Origin: Candidatus Oxydemutatoraceae bacterium
Lineage (GTDB): Bacteria; Pseudomonadota; Gammaproteobacteria; Poriferisulfidales; Oxydemutatoraceae
DNA: 64,000 nt
Assembly (NCBI GenBank): GCA_965220085.1
Contig: CBDCOZ010000003.1
Span: forward strand, 576,001 to 640,000
Reading direction: 5' to 3'
A model generated the notes under the pieces. It did no database searches. It was given only the letters and a program-made list of their open reading frames with translations, and was not told where the DNA came from. Below, in pieces: positions 41,125 to 50,390 of the stretch; position 1 is the stretch's first letter; each line of letters starts with the position of its first letter. A program made the position numbers and the translations under genes.

Positions 41125-41290
41125 GGCGGAGAAGGGGAGTATCATGGGGCGCACACAAAGGGGTGAAAAGGCGCTTGCAAATGATTGAACTTGTGATATA
41201 GTGCAACACTTATCGTATAACAGCCTTCGCGGGCACAAGATACAAAGGTATTTGCAAATGACTGACACTCTGTGGCATAGCGCAACATCA
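41125..41290 (+). promoter_or_regulatory. Conserved tandem-promoter block upstream of LEGPLR locus 2
   Basis: TTGCAA-N16-TATAGT (41175-41202) and TTGCAA-N18-CATAGC (41252-41281); colinear with 50040-50260. Confidence 0.6.
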
Positions 41291-41405
41291 AACAATCCGC
41301 AAGCAACTGAGTGTTGTTTGCGTACACTAAGTAATTCACAAACAGTTAAATATTGTTTGTGCTCTCATATCGTTTGTGCTTCATTAAATGTTGCTTGTGT
41401 ACATA
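41290..41405 (+). repeat. CACAAAC modular repeat element, copy 4
   Basis: aaacaatccgcaa..cacaaacagttaaatattgtttgtgctctcatatcgtttgtgc..ttgtgtacata; same 3' end as copy 1. Confidence 0.8.
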
Positions 41406-41453
41406 TATCGTGCGGCTGTATTCACTAGGCATAGGCCATAAGGAGTAATAGAT

Positions 41454-44400
41454 ATGAATAGACAAGCTTTTAATACTGCCCCCCCCCTCCCCCCCCACCT
41501 AGCGTACACGCAGGCAGGGCAACGATGGCCCTGCGTAGCCTCATCTGGCTGCCAGTTGCGCTATGCGCTCAAATCTGGGCGGGCACTGATGCCGTCGCTC
41601 AGTCCAAACCGGAAGCCGGCATCGCCACCGTCATGGTGTCCATCAGGGCCACCGCCGACAGCCCATATGTATTCAAGCTGGCCGACTTCCCTTTCGAAGA
41701 TGCCGATGACGACGCATTGACCGCCGTAGAGATAAGGAGTGTGCCGGGCACTGGCACATTGCGGGTGGGGTCCGCCGCCGCCACGGTCGGCCAGACTGTG
41801 ATGCGCGCCAGCATAGTCTCAGGCTCCATCACCTATTATCCGTCGTCGGCACCTCGTGTCACCAGCTTTTTCTACCGAGTGTACGCTGGCGGCGAGTCTT
41901 CCGATAATTTGGGCACCGTCAACATCGTTTTGTTTGACCCGCCAAACTCCTCCCCCCACCGGCACCTTGGGCATAGCCGCCCGCATCGAGCCTGCCACCA
42001 CCTGGACCGAGGACTCGCGCATAACAGCCACCGTAGGCTCGGTCGCCGATGACGACGGCATAAACGCTGGCTCCACGTCCTGGAAGTGGCAGCAGGCCGC
42101 GCCGATCAACGACGCGGCACCCGCCGATGACAGCGCGAGCTGGAGCGACATACCTGGCGCGACCAACTTCTCTTTCACCCCCCTGCAAACCCATGTGGGC
42201 AACTATGTGCGCGCCTGCTACAGCTTCACCGACGAGTACCACATTCCCGCGACCTACACCATCTGCACCCTCAACAGGCTGGTGACCAATGTCAGCGATG
42301 CCCCCACCGGCAGCGATACCACCGTCAATGTGCCCCTTGGCGCCAGTTCCGCTTCCCCGCATGATTTTGACTTGAGCGACTTTCCCTTTTCCGATACCGA
42401 GGACGGCGATGCCTTCAACGGCATCCGTCTGGCCACCCTGCCATCTGCGGGCACTCTGGTGGTGACCAGCAATACCGACCTGACCATCGACCAGGGCACC
42501 AATCTCAGCTTGGCGCAACTGAGTGATCTGGCCTATTACCCCAGCGACGGCGCCACCGCCGGGACCAACCGCGACAGATTCACCTACAAAGTGACAGACA
42601 CCGGCAACGATGCCGCCACCGATGGCGCCATCGCCAACACCGCCGCCACCGCCGCCACGCTGACCATCAATCTGGTGGACGACCCGGCTACCGGCATGCC
42701 CGCGCTGGCCTACGCCAGCGGCATAACAGTCCCCACCGAGGACAGCCCCATAACCGCATCCCAAGGCACCATAGCCGATCCCAGCAACACCCCGCCCACC
42801 AGCATCGGCACCATCAACTGGCAATGGAGCCAGGCCGACAGTGACGGCGGCATCTACACCGACATATCCGCGGCCACCAATGCCGCTTTCACCCCCGGCG
42901 ATGCTCAGGTGGGCATGTTTTTGCAGGTCTGCGCATCGTTCACCGACAGCGACGGCGATAACGAGAGTCGCTGTCGGCAAATACCCACCGCCGTCGCCAA
43001 CATCAATGACCCTGCCGCCGGTGCGGTGGCCATCAGCACCGCCGACGGCGCCCTCAGCGGCGCGCCGGACGAGGATGCGGCCCTCACCGCCAGCGCGGCC
43101 GGCATAACCGACCCCGATGGCACCGCCAACATTGCCGGCAGCCTGCGATGGCATTGGCGCGAAGATGGCCGGGGCAACGGCGTATTCGCCGATATAGAGG
43201 GGGCCACCGGCGCCGCCTTCACCCCCTTGCAGGCGCAGGTGGGCAACGCCCTGCGGGTCTGCGCCAGTTTCACCGATGACAGAGGCAGCCGGGAAAATCT
43301 TTGCATCACCACCGAGCCGGTTGCCAACACCAACGATGCGCCGATGGCACAGCGCCGCAGAATCTCAGTGTCCGTCGCCGCCAATGCCAGCGCCCCCTAC
43401 GCATTCCGCCCTCAGGACTTTCCGTTCACCGATGACGATGACGACAACCTGGCCGGCATCATATTGAGAGACCTGCCCGGTGCGGGCACCATGGCTCTGG
43501 ATGGCACCGCCTTGACCGCCGTCCCCACAGAGACCATAACAGTGGCCCAACTGCAGGCTGGCACCCTCACATATTGGCCGGAGACGGGGCAGCAACCCAC
43601 CAGATTAGACACGTTGGATGCATCCTATAGCCTCTTCAGGGCCAGGGTGGTGGACGATGGCGACGGCCCGGGCGGCGATGTCGATGCCGACAAAACCAGC
43701 GACATAAGCGGTCTCCTCGCTCACATCCGCCTGGTGCAGGCGGAACAAGCCAAAGCCACTGGCGGGCCTCGGGTAAGTGTGCACAATGTTGGCGTGGCCG
43801 CCGTCTGCCCCGAGGGTAGCGAACTGCAGGTCCGCATCGATGGCATAGTTGAGCCCAACGGCATAGACGAGAGCACTGTGATGTGGCAATGGCAACAATC
43901 CGCCCGCGCCGACGGCGGCTTTGTCGACATAGCGGGCGCGACCGCCGCCACCCTCACCCTGACCCAGGCCCAGGTGGGAATGCACATACGCGCCTGCGCT
44001 ACCTTTATGGACCACCACCCCACAGCCCCGGCGCGGGAGAGTCTCTGTAGCTCCCCGGTGCGAACCAATAACGCGCCGAGGGCTCTGGACAGCGTGGCGC
44101 TCGTACCCACCGCGGCCACCGTAGCAGCGCCTTATGTGTTTAGGGCGAGCAACTTTCGCTTTGCCGATGCGGACATCGGCAGTGGTGCGGCCGGCGGCTC
44201 TCTGGCAAGTGTCACAATCACCGGCGCGCCAAACCGGGGTACCTTGCGCGCGGGGACGACGACCATCACCACAAGCAATGTGCCGCACGAGGTAAGCAAC
44301 ATCTCCACGCTCACCTACTATCAGGAGGATGGCGATGATGAGCCTATGCGAGACTATGCCCGATTCCGATTCACTGTCAGCGACGGCATAGAGAGCAGCG

Positions 44401-44480
44401 CCGCCGCCACGATGCGCATAGACTTGGGGGACAGCCTGCGCTTGCGCTTGCGCGTCTTCCTTGAGGGGCCGCTACGGTAG
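41454..44480 (+). pseudogene. LEGPLR-family secreted modular protein (member 4), split by two frameshifts in C runs
   Basis: RBS AGGAG and MNRQAFNTAP at 41454; C9-T-C8 tract at 41479-41496; signal peptide and first module in ORF 41525; C6 run at 41952-41957; remainder in ORF 41856-44480 ending LRLRLRVFLEGPLR. Confidence 0.85.
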
Positions 44481-44599
44481 TGCGGGTACCCAACGACCAC
44501 ACTACGGCCTGAAACCTCAAGCGCTATGGCATAGCACAATATTTGTCTCAGGTGTCCGATATGTCATGGCCTCAAACAGTCATGGCGTCATACGGCGGA

Positions 44600-44627
44600 T
44601 TGACGCAAGCCATATTTTCCTTATAAT
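44600..44627 (+). promoter_or_regulatory. Putative sigma70 promoter of the rpsF operon
   Basis: TTGACG-N16-TATAAT. Confidence 0.65.
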
Positions 44628-44672
44628 GCTCCCCTTCTATGTTTACCGAAGCAAAGCGAAGCGCTCATTAAA

Positions 44673-45512
44673 ATGAGACATTATGAAATTGTATTTTTAG
44701 TGCATCCGGGGCAAACCGATCAGGTGCCGGAGATGATTAACCGCTACTGTGCGCTTGTCACAGACGGCGGCGGCAAAGTACACCGTCTGGAAAACTGGGG
44801 GTTGCGCAACTTGGCGTATCCGATCAGAAAGGAAGACAAAGCGCACTATGTCTTGATGAACATTGAATGCCTGCATGAGGCTTTGGACGAAATCAAGAAT
44901 TCCTTCCAGTTCAATGATGCGATTATCAGAGACATGATAGTCCGTTGTGACGAAGCGGTTACCGACGCGTCAACCATCATGAACGCCACGACTCGCGAAG
45001 CGGAAAAGGCGGCACAGGAAGCACAAGCCGCACAGGCAGAGCAAGCGGCACAGACAGGGCAAGCCGCACAGGCAGAACAAGCGGCACAGACAGGGCAAGC
45101 CGCACAGGCAGAGCAAGCGGCACAGGCAGAGCAAGCGGCACAGGCAGAGCAAGCGGCACAGGCAGAGCAAGCCGCACAGGCAGAGCAAGCCGCACAGGCA
45201 GAACAAGCCGCACAGGCAGAACAAGCCGCGCAGGGAACGCAAGCCGCACAGGCAGAGCAAGCCGCACAGGCAGAACAAGCCGCGCAGGCAGAGCAAGCCG
45301 CGCAGGCAGAGCAAGCGGCACAGGCAGAGCAAGCCGCACAGCCAGAACAAGCCGCGCAGGCAGAGCAAGCGGCACAGACAGAACAAGCCGCACAGGCAGA
45401 GCAAGCGGCACAGGCAGAGCAAGCGGCACAGGCAGAGCAAGCGGCACAGGCAGAACAAGCGGCACAGCCAGGGCAAGCCGCGCAGACAGAACCTACGGTA
45501 TCGGCGAAATGA
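44673..45512 (+). CDS. rpsF: 30S ribosomal protein S6 with long repetitive C-terminal tail
   Basis: [40 protein letters not shown]; followed by rpsR. Confidence 0.96.
   Translation: MRHYEIVFLVHPGQTDQVPEMINRYCALVTDGGGKVHRLENWGLRNLAYPIRKEDKAHYVLMNIECLHEALDEIKNSFQFNDAIIRDMIVRCDEAVTDASTIMNATTREAEKAAQEAQAAQAEQAAQTGQAAQAEQAAQTGQAAQAEQAAQAEQAAQAEQAAQAEQAAQAEQAAQAEQAAQAEQAAQGTQAAQAEQAAQAEQAAQAEQAAQAEQAAQAEQAAQPEQAAQAEQAAQTEQAAQAEQAAQAEQAAQAEQAAQAEQAAQPGQAAQTEPTVSAK
45015..45482 (+). repeat. 18-bp coding tandem repeat x26 (QAEQAA)
   Basis: Unit CAGGCAGARCAAGCSGCR; 468 bp. Confidence 0.97.
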
Positions 45513-45766
45513 TCAGTTCGGGCAAAAAAAGGCCGTCGCCAAACTACCGAAAGAGAGTGCAGAGACAATGCCGCTTTACGAAAGAGGGCATCACCCGCAT
45601 AGACTACAAGGACATTGATTTGCTCAAGGATTACATCACCGAAACAGGCAAGATTGTTTCCGGTCGGGTAACCGGCACCCGGGCAATTTATCAGCGTCAA
45701 TTGGCCGTCGCAATCAAACGCGCCCGTTATATCGCCTTGCTTCCGTATACCGATCGGCATCACTAA
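45509..45766 (+). CDS. rpsR: 30S ribosomal protein S18
   Basis: [40 protein letters not shown]. Confidence 0.97.
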   Translation: MISSGKKRPSPNYRKRVQRQCRFTKEGITRIDYKDIDLLKDYITETGKIVSGRVTGTRAIYQRQLAVAIKRARYIALLPYTDRHH

Positions 45767-45862
45767 TCCGTATTCCCCCGCATATTCCCAAAGCGCGCGA
45801 CACACCCGCATATTCGGTTGCCGGGCGGCTGTCGGCGTTGCTGTCTCTTTGCTAGGCGAGAT

Positions 45863-46768
45863 ATGAAGAATATTGTCGTATCAATCACATCCGGCTACTC
45901 TCGCACAGTGTCGGCCATGGTTGTCTCCGCCTTTTTGTCGGGGCTGATTCCGCCGTTCGCATTGGTCAGCGGCGCGCTGCCGGCGTTGGTGACGCTGCGC
46001 TTTGGTTGGCGGCGCAGCATCAGCGTCGCAGTCGGCGCGCTGCTCGCCGTCACCCTCTTCATGCTTGCGGCAACACTGGTCGGCTGGCACATCGGATATG
46101 CGGCATTGCTGTGGATTCCTCTGACGCAATGGTTGCCGGCGATCTTCTTTGCGGAGATTCTCAGAAGGATGCGCTCGCTCGCGCACTTTATGTATGTGTT
46201 TGCGCTGGCGGGCGCGCTCTTGTTTTTTACCGTGCTCGCTTTCTTCCCCGGCATCGATGGTTATTGGCGAGAGGCATACGCCGCAATCGCTCCCATGTTG
46301 GAAAACAGCGGAGGGCTGCCGGCCGCCCAAGCGCCGCCCTACTTTTTTTCAATATTCACGGGGGTTCTCATATCTTCTTTTCTGATGATGTGGTCATTGA
46401 TGTTATTATTAGGCCGCTGGTGGCAATCATTGCTGGATTGTCCGGGCGGGTTTGGCGATGAATTCACCCGAATCTCAATAGACAAAAAATACGCTTTGGG
46501 AATCATCGCCTTGTTGACCGTCTGGCTGGCGGCAGAGACACCGATTGTGATGCAGTTATGCGTGATCATGGTCATCCCGGCATTGGTATTGCACGGAGTG
46601 GCGGTTTGGCATTTCCTGTTGGGTCGGTGTCAAAGCAGGATGGGTCACATACTGTTTTATGTTTCATTGATATTCGCTATGGTTGTCCCGTGGTTGATAT
46701 TGATATTGGTTCTGACAAGCATAGCAGAAAGTTTCGCGCGGCTACGCGAGAGGCTTTCCGAAGCATAG
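45863..46768 (+). CDS. Integral membrane protein (DUF2232/YybS-like)
   Basis: Multiple transmembrane segments, LLLGRWWQSLL..PGGFG.EF motif; conserved position between rpsR and rplI. Confidence 0.8.
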   Translation: MKNIVVSITSGYSRTVSAMVVSAFLSGLIPPFALVSGALPALVTLRFGWRRSISVAVGALLAVTLFMLAATLVGWHIGYAALLWIPLTQWLPAIFFAEILRRMRSLAHFMYVFALAGALLFFTVLAFFPGIDGYWREAYAAIAPMLENSGGLPAAQAPPYFFSIFTGVLISSFLMMWSLMLLLGRWWQSLLDCPGGFGDEFTRISIDKKYALGIIALLTVWLAAETPIVMQLCVIMVIPALVLHGVAVWHFLLGRCQSRMGHILFYVSLIFAMVVPWLILILVLTSIAESFARLRERLSEA

Positions 46769-46779
46769 GAGGGAAAAAA

Positions 46780-47304
46780 ATGGAAGTCATGCTTCTGACA
46801 AAAATCGAGAATCTCGGAGAATTGGGCGATCTCGTCGACGTAAAGCCGGGCTATGCCCGCAATTACCTGTTGCCGTATGGCAAAGCGCAGGAAGCCACAC
46901 CCGAGAATATTGCCGAACTTGAGGCGCGCAAAGCCGTGCTGAGAGCGGAGTTGGAGAAGGAGAGAGAAGAGGCGCGCGCCAAAGCGGAAAAAATGGGCGG
47001 CAACGCCATAGAGTTTCTGGTCGGCAATGTCAACGAAGAAGGCGAGTTGGCCGGTTCAATCGGCACGACCGATATCGTGACAAAAGTTCGCGAAACATGC
47101 GGCATTGAAATAGAAAGAAGTCAGGTGCGCTTATCGAGCGGCGTACTGCGCAAGGTCGGCGAATACAGTGTGACCGTGCACTTACACGCGGATGTGGATG
47201 CGCAGGTCACGGTCAATATTGTTGACAAAGACGCGGACAAGAAAAAGAGGGCAGACAGCGACAAGGATAGCGACGACGGCGATGGCGGCAGTTCCCCCGA
47301 TTGA
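46780..47304 (+). CDS. rplI: 50S ribosomal protein L9
   Basis: MEVMLL..LGELGDLVDVKPGYARNYLLPYGKA; RBS AGGAGG. Confidence 0.96.
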   Translation: MEVMLLTKIENLGELGDLVDVKPGYARNYLLPYGKAQEATPENIAELEARKAVLRAELEKEREEARAKAEKMGGNAIEFLVGNVNEEGELAGSIGTTDIVTKVRETCGIEIERSQVRLSSGVLRKVGEYSVTVHLHADVDAQVTVNIVDKDADKKKRADSDKDSDDGDGGSSPD

Positions 47305-48724
47305 ATACGGCAATTCCGAAGTCGCCTCGCTGCGTACCCCGCCCCATTCCATAGAGGCCGAGCAGGCGGTCATCGGCGGCTTGTTGCTGGACAGCGTGGC
47401 GTGGGAAAGAATTGCCGGCATTCTGACGAAGCAAGACTTTTATGTCGCCAATCACGGCTTGCTGTTTGAGGCGATTGAGAAACTGATCGAAAACAACCGC
47501 CCCTGCGATGTGATCACGGTTGCCGAGTCGCTAAAAGGCAAGATACCCGGCGACGAAGCCCAGTTTATGCTCGATCTCGCCACCCTCGCCAAAGACACCC
47601 CGAGCGCCGCCAACATAAGCGCGTATGCGCAGATCGTGCACCGGGATTCCATGCGGCGCAAGCTGCTCGGCGTTGCGACAAAAATTATTGAGGACGCCTA
47701 TAACCCGCCCGTAGACGGCGGCGAGAATCTGGTCGATGTCGCCGAACAGCAGATTTTCAACCTGAACGAACACGGCCGCAAGACGGTTGACTTTCAAACG
47801 CTGAATGAACTTAGCCGCCTGGTGCACGAGCAAACCGTGAAACGTTCTCAGCAGGGCGGAGAAATCGTCGGGCTGGCGACGGGTTTCCCCGCGATAGACG
47901 AGCAAACCAACGGTTTGCAACAGGGAGATTTAATCATCATTGCCGGTCGGCCTTCCATGGGCAAGACCAGTTTGGCTTTGAACATCGCCGAACATGTCGC
48001 GCTCAAAGAGGAAAAGCCGGTTGCGATTTTCAGTCTGGAAATGCCCGCCAACCAGATTGTGACCCGCTTCTTTTCTTCGTACGGGAGAATCAATCAAGGG
48101 CGCATTCGCACCGGCAACTTGAACGATGACGAATGGGCGAGAATGACGCAGACGCACAAGGACTTTTGGGATAAGCCGCTGTATATTGACGACAGTTCCG
48201 CCCTGACCCCGCTGGATGTGCGAGCGCGTGTGCGGCGTTTGAAGCGCGAGGTGAATGATATGGCGCTCGTCGTAATCGACTACCTGCAACTGATGACGAC
48301 AGAAGGCAATACCGAGAACCGCGCGGTGGAGATTTCAAAGATTTCTCGCGCATTGAAAGCGCTCGCCAAGGAGGTCAATGTGCCGGTCATCGCGCTGTCC
48401 CAGCTCAACCGCAATCCGGAGACCCGCCAGAATCAGAAACCCCAGTTATCCGATCTGCGCGAATCGGGCGCGATCGAGCAAGACGCCGATTTGGTCGCGA
48501 TGATTTACCGCGAGGGCGCCGATTCTATGGCGGAGGGCAATCAGCAGAGCGACAAGGTGTCCATCGTCGATGTGGTCAAGCATCGCAACGGCCCGACCTT
48601 TGTCCGCAAACTGGTTTTTCAAGGTCAGTTCACAAGATTCAGGGAGTATGCGCCGGATGAGATGTTGTCGGAAGTGCCGCCATCGGCTGTGCACAACACT
48701 TATGTGACCGAATTTGACGATTGA
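47282..48724 (+). CDS. dnaB: Replicative DNA helicase
   Basis: PPHSIEAEQAVIGGLL, AGRPSMGKT, IDYLQLM, LSQLNR, SDLRESGAIEQDAD. Confidence 0.97.
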   Translation: MAAVPPIEYGNSEVASLRTPPHSIEAEQAVIGGLLLDSVAWERIAGILTKQDFYVANHGLLFEAIEKLIENNRPCDVITVAESLKGKIPGDEAQFMLDLATLAKDTPSAANISAYAQIVHRDSMRRKLLGVATKIIEDAYNPPVDGGENLVDVAEQQIFNLNEHGRKTVDFQTLNELSRLVHEQTVKRSQQGGEIVGLATGFPAIDEQTNGLQQGDLIIIAGRPSMGKTSLALNIAEHVALKEEKPVAIFSLEMPANQIVTRFFSSYGRINQGRIRTGNLNDDEWARMTQTHKDFWDKPLYIDDSSALTPLDVRARVRRLKREVNDMALVVIDYLQLMTTEGNTENRAVEISKISRALKALAKEVNVPVIALSQLNRNPETRQNQKPQLSDLRESGAIEQDADLVAMIYREGADSMAEGNQQSDKVSIVDVVKHRNGPTFVRKLVFQGQFTRFREYAPDEMLSEVPPSAVHNTYVTEFDD

Positions 48725-48825
48725 TTGTTTATATTGTTCTCCCCCCGGAACCTCTCCCCGATACCTTCGCTATGCCTTGAGCAATACTGCGGCGGGCTAA
48801 GAGACATTCTCAGCCGCCTCGTCTT

Positions 48826-49920
48826 ATGCGTCTTATGTCACGTCCTTTGATAAAAAGCATAGACCTCGACTCTCTGGTCTCTAACTGCGCCTATATGAAA
48901 AAAGTGTGCAAAGACTCTCGGCTGATGGTCGTCGTAAAGTCGGATGCGTACGGGCACGGCTTGTTGCAAGTATCCAAAGCGCTGACCGAGGCGGATGGTT
49001 TTGCGGTCGCCTGCATCAGCGAGGCGATTGCGCTGCGGCGGGCGGGCATCGCACAGAAGATACTCGTGTTACAAGGGTGCTCTGCCGAGAGCGAAGCGGA
49101 CAGCGCCCGCGAATACGGCCTCAGTGTGGTCTGTCACCACCAGGCGCAACTGGAGTGGCTCAAGCGCAGCAAAGGGGAAGGGGCAGAAGTATGGATCAAG
49201 TTTGATACGGGCATGCACCGGCTGGGATTTATGCCGCAGTCTCACGCGCAAGTGATGGCCGGCGTTGCGCAACTGTCCAAACTGCCGTCGCCGCCTGTCC
49301 TGATGTCACATTTCGCTTGTGCCGATGATTGGGACGAACCATACATGCGGTGCCAGATCGATACCTTTAACAAGATAATCTCTCATTACAAGGAACAAGA
49401 GTTTCTGATTTCCCTAGCCAATTCCGCCGCCGCATTGAAGGATCCGCAACTGCATGGCGATTGGGTGCGGTCGGGGATTGCCGTCTATGGCTGTCCGCCG
49501 ACGGGGACCGACACGGAGCACGGTGATCATCTTTCTGCGGTGATGTCTTTGACCGCCCCGGTCATCGCGACGAAGGATTTAAAGCAAGGTTCCCGCATAG
49601 GTTACGGCGGAGAGTATGTATGCGACAAAGCGACCCGCATCGGCATTTTGGCGGCAGGTTACGGAGACGGTTATCTGCGCCGCGCACAATCAGGCGCGCC
49701 GGTATGGATAAACGGCAGTCGCTACCCGTTAGTCGGTCGCGTATCCATGGACATGGCAGAAGTTGATTTGGGCGATTCCGATGTTCGGATAGGCGATATT
49801 GCCGAGTTATGGGGCAAGAATTTGCCGGTGTCCCAAGTGGCGGCTCACTGCGACACGATACCGTATGAGTTGCTGTGCGGCGTCAGCGGGACAAGCGCTT
49901 CTTGGGGGGCTGATACTTGA
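48826..49920 (+). CDS. alr: Alanine racemase
   Basis: VVKSDAYGHG, DTGMHRLG, SHFACAD, GYGDGY, GRVSMDM, TIPYELLC. Confidence 0.96.
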   Translation: MRLMSRPLIKSIDLDSLVSNCAYMKKVCKDSRLMVVVKSDAYGHGLLQVSKALTEADGFAVACISEAIALRRAGIAQKILVLQGCSAESEADSAREYGLSVVCHHQAQLEWLKRSKGEGAEVWIKFDTGMHRLGFMPQSHAQVMAGVAQLSKLPSPPVLMSHFACADDWDEPYMRCQIDTFNKIISHYKEQEFLISLANSAAALKDPQLHGDWVRSGIAVYGCPPTGTDTEHGDHLSAVMSLTAPVIATKDLKQGSRIGYGGEYVCDKATRIGILAAGYGDGYLRRAQSGAPVWINGSRYPLVGRVSMDMAEVDLGDSDVRIGDIAELWGKNLPVSQVAAHCDTIPYELLCGVSGTSASWGADT

Positions 49921-50039
49921 CTCAAACTGTTGTAAAATGGCGACATTTGATGCTATTTTCACGCATAGTAGCGGCAGGGGGCGGAGTAATACCGCTGTGC
50001 CGCCAATCCCCGCCTACATAATCGTGCGAGCAGGCGCAC

Positions 50040-50260
50040 CGGAGAAGGGATATTATGGGGGGCGCGCAAAGGGAGTAAAAAGCGCTTGCAAATGACTTGT
50101 GCTATGGTATAGTGCGACAGAATCCCATACGGGAGGAGAATAACTTGCAAATGACTTGTGCTATGGTATAGTGCGATACTCGTTGTAAATTTCATTCGCT
50201 AAACGCAGGAGAAAAGGTATTTGCAAATGACTCACACTTTGTGATATAGCGCAACACTCA
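50040..50260 (+). promoter_or_regulatory. Conserved tandem-promoter block upstream of LEGPLR locus 3
   Basis: Perfect 33-bp direct repeat cttgcaaatgacttgtgctatggtatagtgcga (50085-50117 and 50144-50176) plus a third TTGCAA-N18-TATAGC at 50221. Confidence 0.65.
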
Positions 50261-50340
50261 TCGTACGACTGCATTCGCCAAACAGGAGGCATATGCACCA
50301 GGATAACATATTATTAATATACAAATATTTAATTATGCTA

Positions 50341-50362
50341 CCCCCCCCCCCCCCTCCCCCCC
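50341..50362 (+). repeat. Poly-C tract (C14-T-C7) in the leader region
   Basis: Direct reading; consistent with the poly-Gly in the reverse ORF translation. Confidence 0.9.
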
Positions 50363-50390
50363 GCTCCCCAGTGCGCATCAGCGGACAACG

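Noticed and set aside
44846-45811. Cys-rich and Leu-rich reverse ORFs (ACSACA, LCLCRL, LALPVP repeats)
   Set aside because: Antisense shadows of the rpsF 18-bp repeat.
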